A stretch of DNA of 64,000 nucleotides from Candidatus Latescibacterota bacterium (GTDB lineage: Bacteria > Latescibacterota > UBA2968 > GCA-2709665). Under the pieces are notes generated by a model. It made no database searches. It worked only from the letters and a program-made list of their open reading frames with translations, and was not told the DNA's origin. The number at the start of each line of letters is the position of its first letter. Within the stretch, counting starts at the first letter, position 1. Positions 10,984-20,917 of the stretch are shown here, piece by piece. The DNA lies in NCBI GenBank assembly GCA_965219455.1, contig OZ244744.1, positions 384,001-448,000 on the forward strand, read 5' to 3'. The translations under genes were made by a program, and so were the position numbers.

Positions 10984-12318
10984 TTAGTAGACCGGCAGAT
11001 AGCGTTCACGCTCCCACTGGTCGACGTGCAGATGGTACTCCGCCCACTCTTCGCGCTTCACCTGCACGTAATAGTCAGCATACTCCGTACCCAGCGCTTC
11101 CCGGACCACATCGTCGGCCGCCAGGTGATCGGCCGCCTCCGCGAGGGTACCCGGCAGCAGGTCGATACCCCGCGCTTGCAACTCGCTCTCGGGCACCTCG
11201 TAGAGATTGCCCTCGTTGCGCTCGCCCGGTTCCATGCGGTTTTCGATGCCATCGAGCCCGGCCGCCAGCATCGCCGCGGCCGTCAGATATGGATTGGCCG
11301 CCCCGTCGACGGCCCGATTCTCGATACGGCCCGCGTCCGGGATTCGAATCATCTGTGTCCGGTTTGATCCGCCATAGGTGATGCAGATCGGCGCCCAGGA
11401 CGCGCCCGAACGCGGTGCGCCCCTCGTGAGGCGCTTGTAGCTGTTCACCAGAGGCGCGGAAACGGCCGAAATCCCCTTTGCATGGTTAAGGATCCCTGCC
11501 ATAAACCAGTAGGCTTCCTTCGACAGGCCGTTTTCATCCGCCTCGTCGAGGAACAGGTTCGTCCTGTTCTCAGGATCCCACAGGCTCAGGTGATAATGCG
11601 CTCCGCTTCCCGTGAGATGAGAAAACGGCTTCGGCATAAAGGTCGCGTGGTATCCGTGCCGCTCCGCGTTTACTTTCACCATCCATCTGAAAAAGGTCTG
11701 TCGATCGGCGGTCGTCAGCGCGTCGGAATAGGTCCAGTTGATCTCGAACTGGCAATTTGCGTCTTCGTGGTCGTTGGCATAGGGTTCCCAACCCAGTTCC
11801 TGCATATATCCGATCAGCGTGGTCATCACATCCAGGTTGCGATGCAAGGTTACGAGATCGTAGCAGGGCTTCTCCAATGTGTCCAGCGGATCGGCCAGCG
11901 CATAATTGTTCCGGTCGTCTTTTTTCAGGAGGATGAACTCCGCTTCCACGCCCAGATTCAACCGATATCCCTTCGCCTCCGCCCGTGCAAGTTGCCGTTG
12001 CAGAATCGTGCGCGGACAGTACCCGAAAGGCTCTCCCTCGACCTGGATATTGCCCGCCACCCACGCCGTATTCTTGCGCCACGGCAATACGGTCATTGAA
12101 TTAAAATCCGGTATATTCATCATATCGGAATCGTGCGGCCCCTGCCCCATATTCCCGGCCGCGAACCCCGCGAATCCCGCGCCATCCGAGGCCATATCGT
12201 CAAGGTGTGTGACGGGCACCACCTTGGCCTTTGGCATCCCGCCCATCTCCACAAACGAACACAGAAAGAAGTCTACTCCATTCCTGGCTACGAATTCTTT
12301 TACCTGGTCCAGCGTCAT
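10984..12318 (-). CDS. gmaS: Type III glutamate-ammonia ligase / gamma-glutamylmethylamide synthetase
   Basis: KAKVVPV, GAGFAGFA, KPCYD, NDHEDANCQFEINW, FMPKPF and YGG.NRT motifs; located in a cluster with tdm and mgsC-like genes. Confidence 0.85.
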   Translation of the reverse strand: MTLDQVKEFVARNGVDFFLCSFVEMGGMPKAKVVPVTHLDDMASDGAGFAGFAAGNMGQGPHDSDMMNIPDFNSMTVLPWRKNTAWVAGNIQVEGEPFGYCPRTILQRQLARAEAKGYRLNLGVEAEFILLKKDDRNNYALADPLDTLEKPCYDLVTLHRNLDVMTTLIGYMQELGWEPYANDHEDANCQFEINWTYSDALTTADRQTFFRWMVKVNAERHGYHATFMPKPFSHLTGSGAHYHLSLWDPENRTNLFLDEADENGLSKEAYWFMAGILNHAKGISAVSAPLVNSYKRLTRGAPRSGASWAPICITYGGSNRTQMIRIPDAGRIENRAVDGAANPYLTAAAMLAAGLDGIENRMEPGERNEGNLYEVPESELQARGIDLLPGTLAEAADHLAADDVVREALGTEYADYYVQVKREEWAEYHLHVDQWERERYLPVY

Positions 12319-12338
12319 CGTCTGATCTCCCTCAAAAA

Positions 12339-12575
12339 TCAAGGTTGGGAATTCTTGCCCTCGCCTTCTATTGCCGTTGCGAGATGACTCGCCTCGGCCA
12401 ACTGATCCAACTCGTCCTGATAATTTGCTCTCTCGTGTCTGATCTGCCAGAATGTGTACGCTATCCACAAGCCAAGACAAAACACGAAGAGAGGAACCTC
12501 GTACCCGACAAAGGGATACATCGGACCCACGTCGGCCGGATTCCCCACCCACGTGTCTATCAAACCCGTGCTCAT
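12339..12575 (-). CDS. Small single-TM membrane protein in the methylamine cluster
   Basis: AAGGAGG RBS; 78 aa; DVGPMYPF.G.E followed by one hydrophobic helix; ends 20 nt before gmaS. Confidence 0.7.
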   Translation of the reverse strand: MSTGLIDTWVGNPADVGPMYPFVGYEVPLFVFCLGLWIAYTFWQIRHERANYQDELDQLAEASHLATAIEGEGKNSQP

Positions 12576-12722
12576 CTGCCGCCTCCTTACATTGGTGTGT
12601 TTACAAATACGAGTCGTTTCATTCGGGACCGCAAGCGAAGCGTCTCAGATCGGGAATTGACGGATTTCCAACCTGCCCTGCTCGTTGGAAATGGCGATCG
12701 CCACCGATATCGGCTCTCGGCG

Positions 12723-14408
12723 TCAGAACAGACCGACGGTCTGTCCCGCTTCATCGAAATCGATCGCTTCTGCCGAAGGCTTTCGTGGAAGCCCGGGCAT
12801 CGTCATGACGTCACCCGTGAACACCACCACAAAACCGGCCCCTGCAGACACCCGCACGTCGCGGATGGGCACGTCGAAACCCGTGGGTCTTCCCTTCAGC
12901 TTCGGATCGGTCGAGAGCGAATACTGTGTCTTGGCCATGCACACCGGCAGACGCCCGTAACCCTGTTCATCGAGCCTTTTGAACCGGGCTCTCAAGCGCT
13001 TGTCTCCCATAATATCGTCGGCGCCGTAAATTTTCCGGGCTACAATTCGTGCTTTATCCCACAACCGCCGATTATCAGGATAGAGAAGGGTGAAATCGGA
13101 GGTCGCCGTCTCTGCTGCTTCAACCACCGCGCGTGCAAGCGCTTCGGCCCCGACCCCGCCTCTCGCCCAGTGTTCCGATGGCACGATCGGGACTCCCAGG
13201 CAGACGGATTTTTCCTGTATTAACCTTACTTCTTCGGACGTGTCAGACAGAAAGACGTTTACGGCCACGACAACGGGCAAGTCGAAAAGCCGGATATTCT
13301 CGATATGCTTCTTCAGATTCTCCAACCCCTTTTCAGTCGCAGACATGTTGGGCAGTTCGAGCTGCCTGACCGGAATTCCGCCATGGTATTTCAACCCACG
13401 GACGGTGGCCACCAGCACAACCGCGTCGGGCCGGATGCCAGCCTGCCGGCACTTGATGTTCAGGAACTTCTCCGCGCCAAGATCCGCGCCGAATCCGGCC
13501 TCGGTCACCGTATACTCGGAAAGGCGCATCGCCAGCTTGGTCGCAATCACCGAATTGCAGCCGTGCGCGATATTGGCGAACGGGCCCCCGTGAACAATGG
13601 CCGGGTTGTTCTCGAGTGTCTGGACCAGATTCGGCTTTAATGCGTCTCTCAACAGCACGGCCATCGCCCCGTGCACGTTGAGATCTGCTGCCGTGAGCGG
13701 TTCGTTTGCCCGCGTGTACGCCACGATGATCCGACCCAATCGCTCCCGCAGTTCCCCAAGCGATTCTGACAGGCAAAGGATCGCCATCACCTCGGATGCG
13801 ACCGTAATTTCAAACCCCGATTCACGGGGATAGGAATTCCCCGTACCTCCCAGACCGATAACGGTTTCCCGCAGCGCCCGGTCGTTCATGTCCATCACGC
13901 GCTTCCACAGGATGCGCCGGGGATCGATGTCCAGCCTGTTCCGGTGATGAATATGATTGTCAATCGCCGCGGCCAACAGATTGTGGGCGACACCGATAGC
14001 ATGGATATCGCCCGTAAAGTGCAGGTTGATGTCCTCCATCGGCGCAACTTGAGACGCGCCGCCGCCTGCAGCGCCGCCCTTCATGCCGAAACAGGGACCC
14101 AGAGAAGGCTCCCGGAGACAGATGACCGCTGGCTTTCCCAGCCGATTCAGCGCATCACCCAGACCCACGGTTGTGGTTGTCTTGCCCTCTCCGGCAGGCG
14201 TCGGATTGATCGCCGAGACCAGCACCAGCTTGCCCGTGGAATTTCCGGCCACGCTGTCGTAAAAGTCCATCGAAACCTTGGCCTTGTACCTGCCGTAGAT
14301 TTCGAGCTGATCTTCGGGTACCCCCAATGTTTGCGCGACCTCGCCGACATGAAGCAAATCGGCTTGCCTCGCGATTTCGATGTCCGGCAACACGCCATGA
14401 TCGCGCAT
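12723..14408 (-). CDS. fhs: Formate--tetrahydrofolate ligase
   Basis: [52 protein letters not shown] and MTMPGLP motifs. Confidence 0.97.
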   Translation of the reverse strand: MRDHGVLPDIEIARQADLLHVGEVAQTLGVPEDQLEIYGRYKAKVSMDFYDSVAGNSTGKLVLVSAINPTPAGEGKTTTTVGLGDALNRLGKPAVICLREPSLGPCFGMKGGAAGGGASQVAPMEDINLHFTGDIHAIGVAHNLLAAAIDNHIHHRNRLDIDPRRILWKRVMDMNDRALRETVIGLGGTGNSYPRESGFEITVASEVMAILCLSESLGELRERLGRIIVAYTRANEPLTAADLNVHGAMAVLLRDALKPNLVQTLENNPAIVHGGPFANIAHGCNSVIATKLAMRLSEYTVTEAGFGADLGAEKFLNIKCRQAGIRPDAVVLVATVRGLKYHGGIPVRQLELPNMSATEKGLENLKKHIENIRLFDLPVVVAVNVFLSDTSEEVRLIQEKSVCLGVPIVPSEHWARGGVGAEALARAVVEAAETATSDFTLLYPDNRRLWDKARIVARKIYGADDIMGDKRLRARFKRLDEQGYGRLPVCMAKTQYSLSTDPKLKGRPTGFDVPIRDVRVSAGAGFVVVFTGDVMTMPGLPRKPSAEAIDFDEAGQTVGLF

Positions 14409-14417
14409 AGGTCCTCT

Positions 14418-15812
14418 CTAGTTTCCCCTTTGCGCTTCATCGATTTCCACCTGAACGAGTTCGTTTGCGTCCGCCGTTTCGTTCTCGATCGTCCGGTGAT
14501 CCATACCCGCCAGTTCAATTCGCCTCGGGATGCGGAGAACCCCAAGCTTCTTGAGGATTGCCCCCACGACGTAACACGGCAGAAAACCCAGCACAAAAAA
14601 CATGATGACGGCCCCGAGCGTCTGTCCCCACGGCGTAATCGGCGCGTAAGCGGGATTCGCACCCGGATACCCCCAAAGTACGAATCCTGCGACGATCACC
14701 CCGATGACCCCGGCATATCCATGTACCGCCACGGCGCCCACGGCATCGTCAATTCTGAAACGGCGTTCGATCCAGTTGTGCAACTTGTAGATGCAGAACG
14801 TACCGAATGCGCCGATGAGAAGCGCCTGCATCGGATGGTACAGGTCGTTTCCCGCCGATGCCGTGATGATGCCCGCCAATCCGCCGGAGAAGGTCCAGTA
14901 CGGATCGCCTTTGGACACGAAATACCCCATCATCAATCCGCCCGCAAGGGACATTAGAAAATTAAAGGTGATGGCGCTGAGCGTCGTCGGCGTAAGATAA
15001 ATCGTAGTGGCCGAAAAGAACGACCGGCCGTCCGCGGGATCGATGTCCATAATGGGCACGTTGCAAGCCGCATAGAAGCCCCAGAATCCCGTATAAATCA
15101 AAAACAGCCCGATGATCACCAGCCAGGTGTTGTGCGGCGGGAAATTTCTCGGTGACCCGTCCGGCTTGAACCTGCCGATGCGCGGCCCCAGGTGATAAAG
15201 AATCGCCAGCGCGGACCCGCCGCAGATCGCGTGGATCACGCCGGACGCGTACGCATCGTGATACCCCAGTACCTGCACCATCCAACCGTCTGCGGACCAT
15301 CCCCACGCCGCGTCGACTACCCACGTTACCGATCCCACCAACACCGCAAAAATCCAGAATGCGCTGGATCGGATGCGTTCAATCACCGCGCCCGAAAGAA
15401 TCGATCCCGCCGTCCATGCAAACAACAGAAACGCCGCCCAGAACACGCCGTTCAACCGCGCCCAGAGCGCCGTATCGGCCCCTGTCAACCCCCCTCCATG
15501 CGGCTTTCCTCCCATATGTGTTCCCATCAGCTCATTCCAGGGCGCAGCCCATGCGGCTTCGATAAGCCCACCCGTGATCCCGGGCCCGTTTTGAACCGCG
15601 AAATAGATCCACCACCCGAAAAAATAGAACGTGACGGTTACCAGAGGAATCAGCATCGCGTTCTTCATCAGGGTGTGCATCATATTCTTCCGCCTGGACA
15701 CGCCGACTTCGTACAGACAAAACCCGACATGGATCAGGAACATGAGCACGATGCATATCCAGTAATAGAACTCTGTAAACACAACGGTCAATGCACTGAG
15801 TTCGTTATCCAT
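14418..15812 (-). CDS. amt: Ammonium transporter family protein (possible methylamine transporter)
   Basis: About 11 TM segments. SGAVIER, GVIH, LGPRIGRF and DDAVGAVAVHG motifs (twin His retained). Confidence 0.88.
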   Translation of the reverse strand: MDNELSALTVVFTEFYYWICIVLMFLIHVGFCLYEVGVSRRKNMMHTLMKNAMLIPLVTVTFYFFGWWIYFAVQNGPGITGGLIEAAWAAPWNELMGTHMGGKPHGGGLTGADTALWARLNGVFWAAFLLFAWTAGSILSGAVIERIRSSAFWIFAVLVGSVTWVVDAAWGWSADGWMVQVLGYHDAYASGVIHAICGGSALAILYHLGPRIGRFKPDGSPRNFPPHNTWLVIIGLFLIYTGFWGFYAACNVPIMDIDPADGRSFFSATTIYLTPTTLSAITFNFLMSLAGGLMMGYFVSKGDPYWTFSGGLAGIITASAGNDLYHPMQALLIGAFGTFCIYKLHNWIERRFRIDDAVGAVAVHGYAGVIGVIVAGFVLWGYPGANPAYAPITPWGQTLGAVIMFFVLGFLPCYVVGAILKKLGVLRIPRRIELAGMDHRTIENETADANELVQVEIDEAQRGN

Positions 15813-15866
15813 ATCTACCCCCCGTTTAAACTTGAGGAAAACCCTCAGGCATAAGAAAGAAGCTCT

Positions 15867-16355
15867 TCAGACTTTGGCCGACCCTTCCGACATCCGGCAA
15901 TACTTCCCGCGGTAAAACAGCAGCGGACGACCCGCGCCCGCATCGCCCGCTACAATCTCACCAACGAAAATGTCGTGGTCCCCGGCTCGCAACACGTCGA
16001 CCAGCAGACACTCCACGTGGCCCAGCGCGTCCACGAAAACCGGCGCACCTGTCCGGTTCGTGGTTGTGGCCACGTTTGAAAAATCCTTGGGACCCGGTCT
16101 GGCAAACTGCGTGGAAAGCGCTTCCTGATCCTCGCTGAGAATATTCAATGCAAAAACCCTGCTTCCACTCAGATGGGCGTGCATCTGCGCCCCTTTGTCC
16201 ACGGCCACCATGACCAGCGGCGGATCCAGCGACAGCGAGGTCACCGCATTGGCCGTCATCCCCCGCGATTCGCCGCCTGCAACCGTCGTCACAACGGTTA
16301 CGCCGGTTGCAAAACAACCCATAATGCGGCGTTGCTCCATCGGGTCGAACGCCAT
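15867..16355 (-). CDS. Flavin reductase family protein (HpaC/RutF-like)
   Basis: FATGVTVVT, GMTANAVTSLSLDPPL, GDHDIFVG and PLLFYRG motifs. Confidence 0.92.
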   Translation of the reverse strand: MAFDPMEQRRIMGCFATGVTVVTTVAGGESRGMTANAVTSLSLDPPLVMVAVDKGAQMHAHLSGSRVFALNILSEDQEALSTQFARPGPKDFSNVATTTNRTGAPVFVDALGHVECLLVDVLRAGDHDIFVGEIVAGDAGAGRPLLFYRGKYCRMSEGSAKV

Positions 16356-16474
16356 TCCAATACCCTTTCAGCGAAAGCGGTGTCGCATACGGCGCCGTCC
16401 GCCGCCGGACATCCGGGCCCCTCGAACGGGGCCGCCGTGATGACCGGTGAAGAGTAGCAGATTCTGCTTTGTGA

Positions 16475-18808
16475 TCAGGAACGCGGCCGGGTTTTCTCCG
16501 GATCGTAAAACGGAAACCGCACCACCCGGGCGGGGATGCGCTTCTGATGACCGTCCAGCCTTCCCACCTCCACTTCCACGCCGATCGCGGCGTACCCGGA
16601 CGCCATGCGGCATAGCGCGATATTCTTGCGCAAAATGGGTGAGCGGCTGCCGCTGGTGATCACGCCCACGCGGCCGCGCCCATCGTAGACGCCGTCGCCG
16701 GTGGCGGCCGGTTCGTTTCCGGACACCTCCAGCCCCACCAGCGCCCGTTGCGGATGCGACCGCCTTCGAATCAGCGCCTCTTTACCTATAAAATCGTCTT
16801 TCTTGCGCTTGAGCGGAACGGTGAAGCCTATACCCGCCTCAAACGGGTCCGTCTGATCGTCAAACTCACAGCCCGCGAAGACCAGACCAGACTCAATCCG
16901 CAGCATGTCCAGGGCTTCCAATCCAAGCGGTGTCAGGCCATACGGCTGTCCCGCCTCCCAAATGGCATCCCAGACCGCAGGCGCATCGTGGGGATGGCAC
17001 CATACCTCATAACCCAGTTCGCCCGTGTAACCCGTCCGGGATACGACAATTGCCGCTCCGCTGCCATCGCCAATTCGACCCACCGTAAATCGGAACCAGC
17101 CCAATTCGTCCAGTGACGGGCGGGACGGAGGCGTCCAGATGATTTCGCGCAGAATTTCCCGGCTCCTGGGGCCCTGAACGGCAAGATTGTGGAGTTGGTC
17201 GGTCGAGTTTCTGACCCATACACGCATCCCCAGGCGACCCGCCTGCTCGCGCAACCACGTACCCCCGTAATCGTCGCCGCAGATCCAGCGGAAATTCTCG
17301 GACCCCAACCGAAACAGCGTGCCGTCGTCCAGCATCCCGCCTGTTTCGTAACACATGGCGGAATAAGTCACCTGCCCCGCCGAAAGCCTGCGAACGTCGC
17401 GTGTGAGCGTGTGCTGCAACAGCGCCTCGGCGTCCGGCCCGAGAACCTCGAACTTGCGAAGCGCGGACAGGTCCATCACCACCGCCGCCTCGCGGCAGGC
17501 GTAATATTCCTCAACGACGCCCTTCCCGGTATAGCTGGCGGGCAGCCAAAAACCGCGATATTCCTCAAAATGGCGAGTCAAGGCAGAGGTGCGTTGGTGG
17601 AAGGCCGTCTCCCTCGTCAACCTCGGCTCGGCGTCTGCTGTCATCCGGTGAGCAATCCCTCTGGAAAACCGGTACCGTTCAGGGTAAACGCGGACCTGAA
17701 TCTCCGTTGGCTCCCAGCCATTGGCCGGATCGATATCGTCCGGGCACGCGGACGACAGGCAGACCAGGTCCGTTAAGGCTTTCAACAGCACGTAATCGCC
17801 CGGACGAGACCATGGCTCATCCATGAAAAGGACGTTATTTCGATCGATTCTCGTATTGTAGAAAAAATTCACCGCGGGCCAGCCACGCCGGCGCTGAATC
17901 GTATACGGGTCCAATGCCACGTTGAAGTTGTCCGTACAGTTGACGTGACCGGGATAACCCATATCCTCGTAATATTTCGCGGTGCAGGCAAGCGCAAACG
18001 TATCGTGCCGCCCTACCGTATCCCGAACGACTTCGACCAGCGGCTGCATATCCTGGTCGTAAAATTTCGAAAACAGGCCCGGACCGGGATAGGCCGCGCC
18101 CATGAGCGTCCTCGTCGTGGTCGCATCCAGCCCCCGCTCGACACCCCGCTGCAATTGCCTGGCGTCGAATGCCAGAAAATCGGAACACTGGCGACCAGCG
18201 ACGTCGATCACCTGGATGAACTCTCCCGCCTTGACCTCGTAGGCAATTGCCGACGCCCTTTCTACCTCCCGATCCAGGCGCATGTCACCCAGGGGCGCGG
18301 GCATAGGGGGGCGTTCGGGCATTTCTACACGGGAACGCCTGACCACGACTTCCAGGTCCGTGGGGGGATCCTGGGCATCGGCCCTCATCGGACCGCCGGG
18401 CGCCGCAATTACGCAAACGGCGTCCCTCTCGACGGCGAAACACGCTTCGGTGCCCGCTTTCGTCTCTCCACCGAAAACCTGCGCCGCCCGTGCGTCCGAC
18501 AGGTCGACGCCCCTCCGCCGCAGGGCAGCATCAGCCGCCTGCGCGCTTTCGTCCCCGCGCCGGAGCGCCGCCGCGAAACCCTCCATCGCGCCGTCCGCCC
18601 GGAGGCCCAGCCTCGACGGATCGTCACCCCCGTCCGGGCCGAATACGCCCAGTTCGCAACGCTGGCGCCCTTCCACGTCCACAACCGCCAGTTGATCGCC
18701 CTGTGACAGCGCCAGGGCGATCGCCCCGCCGCCCGGCACCCGGTAGCGCTCCCTGCCCGGTGACCACCTCAGCAATCCGGTTCCCGTCATTTGGACGTTT
18801 GCAGGCAT
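16475..18808 (-). CDS. tdm: Trimethylamine N-oxide demethylase (DUF1989 + GcvT-type aminomethyltransferase)
   Basis: DUF1989 region (GRQCSDF, RHDTFALAC, GHVNC, SACPDDIDPAN) fused to a GcvT domain (DLSALRKFE, SRTGYTGELGYE, LRIESG, FYDPEK); TGATG coupling to the upstream gene. Confidence 0.85.
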   Translation of the reverse strand: MPANVQMTGTGLLRWSPGRERYRVPGGGAIALALSQGDQLAVVDVEGRQRCELGVFGPDGGDDPSRLGLRADGAMEGFAAALRRGDESAQAADAALRRRGVDLSDARAAQVFGGETKAGTEACFAVERDAVCVIAAPGGPMRADAQDPPTDLEVVVRRSRVEMPERPPMPAPLGDMRLDREVERASAIAYEVKAGEFIQVIDVAGRQCSDFLAFDARQLQRGVERGLDATTTRTLMGAAYPGPGLFSKFYDQDMQPLVEVVRDTVGRHDTFALACTAKYYEDMGYPGHVNCTDNFNVALDPYTIQRRRGWPAVNFFYNTRIDRNNVLFMDEPWSRPGDYVLLKALTDLVCLSSACPDDIDPANGWEPTEIQVRVYPERYRFSRGIAHRMTADAEPRLTRETAFHQRTSALTRHFEEYRGFWLPASYTGKGVVEEYYACREAAVVMDLSALRKFEVLGPDAEALLQHTLTRDVRRLSAGQVTYSAMCYETGGMLDDGTLFRLGSENFRWICGDDYGGTWLREQAGRLGMRVWVRNSTDQLHNLAVQGPRSREILREIIWTPPSRPSLDELGWFRFTVGRIGDGSGAAIVVSRTGYTGELGYEVWCHPHDAPAVWDAIWEAGQPYGLTPLGLEALDMLRIESGLVFAGCEFDDQTDPFEAGIGFTVPLKRKKDDFIGKEALIRRRSHPQRALVGLEVSGNEPAATGDGVYDGRGRVGVITSGSRSPILRKNIALCRMASGYAAIGVEVEVGRLDGHQKRIPARVVRFPFYDPEKTRPRS

Positions 18809-20202
18809 CACCCCTCATCGGCTTCGGCCAGAAGCTGCCGCGCGAGTTCCTCCTTTTCCTTACCGTCCATCTTCCTGATTTCGTTCCTCAATAACCGTTC
18901 GTTCACGGACTGGTTCCAATAATCCAGGGAGTCAAAACCCAGCAGCACGCTCTTGCCCACAAACTGGCGGAGGACCTCGTTGGTTGGGCCCATCACCCAA
19001 CCGGCCTTACCGTCACGCAGGTATCGTTCGATCCCCAGATCGGGTTTGTACCCGGTACCGCCACAGGCATGAAGCATCTTGTCGGAGACGTTCGCCACGT
19101 TCTTTGCCGCCGTGAACTTCACCTGCCACATCCAGTGCAGCACCTGTGCCCGGGGCAGGCAGGCGAGGTCCTCGTGGATCGACCAGTCGCACTGGTTCGT
19201 CACATCGTCCATCGCCCTGGCCATCAGGTAGACAAAGGACCGGGAGGTGTTGGTATCGATCACGGCCTCGCCCACGTAATCCTGGATCGTCGGATAGTCC
19301 GCCACCCGCATACCCACGTCCGCGTGCCGTCTGGCGGTCGTGTGTCGCGTGGCGATATCGATCATCCCCAAAGAAATGCCGTTCCAGCAAGCCGATGAGC
19401 ACAACAGGAAAAACGGATCCACCGTTTCGTCGTTCGAATTCGCCCCGTCGCCCACGGGCCCGACCAGCCTGCCCTCCGGCATCGTCACGTTGTCGACCTC
19501 AAGCGTGCCGGACTGGTTCCCGCGCAGCCCCAGGCCATCCCACAGGGACGGCTCGGCTTTCACCTCGTCGGCCATCACGAGAAAACAGGACAGATTCGAA
19601 TAATCCCCCGCGAAATCCGGACTCGTCGTCTGCACGATGTACCAGTCGGCAAAACCCGCGGACGTCGTCCACGACGCCTTTTTCCGCACCTTCCAGCCGT
19701 CCGCCACCCGCTCGGCCCCGGAAGATATCGGATACCAGAAATGAGAACCCGTCTCCGGGTCCGAGTAGGATAACGTGCCTACCAGCACGTCTTCGTCGAG
19801 GCGTTTCATGAGATCCTGGAGGGTCGGGTTGTCGTGCGCCCGGAACAACGCCGCGGCCACGGCCCCGATGTGCATGGTATAACACATCGCCGTACTGGCG
19901 CACCCGTACCGCGCAAGCGTCTCCACCACCATCGCCGTACACGTATGGTTTTCCCCCAACCCTCCCCACTCCCGGGGTACGTTCAATCCGAGCAGGCCCA
20001 GCGAAGCCATCGCCTCGAAGTTTTCCCGCGGAAACACAAGGTTGCGATCGCTCTCTACCGCGTTATCCCGCAGCGTTGTCCGGCAAAGTTCGATCAGTTT
20101 CTCCTGTAGCGCCTCCTGCTCAGGTGTCAGTACCCATTGGGGGTCCCAGTCGTAGTCCATACCCCAGAACGCCTCCGGGCCCCACATCTTTGTTTTGCTC
20201 AT
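18808..20202 (-). CDS. Acyl-CoA dehydrogenase-fold flavoprotein (non-canonical; possible monooxygenase)
   Basis: GLLGLNVP.EWGGLG, SDPETGS, W.GLGLRG..S and GG.GY....IERYLRD motifs; the catalytic IYEGT Glu is absent (WVMGPT). Confidence 0.85.
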   Translation of the reverse strand: MSKTKMWGPEAFWGMDYDWDPQWVLTPEQEALQEKLIELCRTTLRDNAVESDRNLVFPRENFEAMASLGLLGLNVPREWGGLGENHTCTAMVVETLARYGCASTAMCYTMHIGAVAAALFRAHDNPTLQDLMKRLDEDVLVGTLSYSDPETGSHFWYPISSGAERVADGWKVRKKASWTTSAGFADWYIVQTTSPDFAGDYSNLSCFLVMADEVKAEPSLWDGLGLRGNQSGTLEVDNVTMPEGRLVGPVGDGANSNDETVDPFFLLCSSACWNGISLGMIDIATRHTTARRHADVGMRVADYPTIQDYVGEAVIDTNTSRSFVYLMARAMDDVTNQCDWSIHEDLACLPRAQVLHWMWQVKFTAAKNVANVSDKMLHACGGTGYKPDLGIERYLRDGKAGWVMGPTNEVLRQFVGKSVLLGFDSLDYWNQSVNERLLRNEIRKMDGKEKEELARQLLAEADEG

Positions 20203-20413
20203 AATGCCTCCCCGGTTTTAGCTGATGCCGGCAATCAGAGTCGAACGCGCCCTGGGAGAAGCACGCCGTCTGAGAATGACATAAGACACGTATTAAAAAG
20301 GAGTCACAACGATTTCCGCCGACAGCGCATCACCGGACTGCTCGCCGGTCGGTCTTTCGCAGGAGCGTTGCCGTGCGGCCGCCCGGCGCACCGCAGCAGA
20401 CTCTTTGCACTGG

Positions 20414-20830
20414 TTACCCGGAGGACCCGGCATCGTCTTCAAGCTTTATTCCGTATGCATCTCTGAGTTCCATAATTGGATGCTTCCCGGACATTTGAAA
20501 CTTGACAAGCAGTTCCCGTGCAATCATGTCACGCTCCTGCTGGTTGCCGGGCAATGCCATATCTTCGGGAACCAGAACCCAGCCATTGATATTCCGGTCG
20601 AATACCGCGGGCTTTCCGTCTTCGTATCCCATATGTACATCTTCCAGCCAGTTCAGGTCACGCCACCCCATCAACTCGATGTATCGCTTCAAGAACGGCG
20701 TCAGGAGCGTATAATCCGGAGGCAGGTTTACGTCGTACCGGTATCCAATGTGCTGTCCGATTTCTTTTTCGCGGTCCGAGTCCAGACCCCTGGACTTCAG
20801 GTAATAGTTCACGTCGTTGGCTTCGTCCAT
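20414..20830 (-). CDS. Hypothetical protein in the methylamine cluster
   Basis: AAGGAG RBS; 138 aa with protein-like composition (HIGYRYDVNL, MGW.DLNWLEDVHMGYE, DRNINGW); co-directional within the operon. Confidence 0.75.
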   Translation of the reverse strand: MDEANDVNYYLKSRGLDSDREKEIGQHIGYRYDVNLPPDYTLLTPFLKRYIELMGWRDLNWLEDVHMGYEDGKPAVFDRNINGWVLVPEDMALPGNQQERDMIARELLVKFQMSGKHPIMELRDAYGIKLEDDAGSSG

Positions 20831-20917
20831 CGAATTCTCCTTGCCACCGCCGCAACCACCCGGGTGGCGTGCGGCCACGGCCGGACCTGACGATCACTGT
20901 GCGGTCCTTTTCGGAGG

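Noticed and set aside
10984-12318. Housekeeping glutamine synthetase glnA
   Set aside because: GAGFAGFA and KPCYD signatures plus gene context indicate the GlnT/GmaS type.
20203-20413. Guanidine riboswitch / guanidine catabolism suggested by the DUF1989 domain
   Set aside because: No riboswitch consensus was recognised, and DUF1989 is fused to GcvT in a gmaS context, which fits Tdm.
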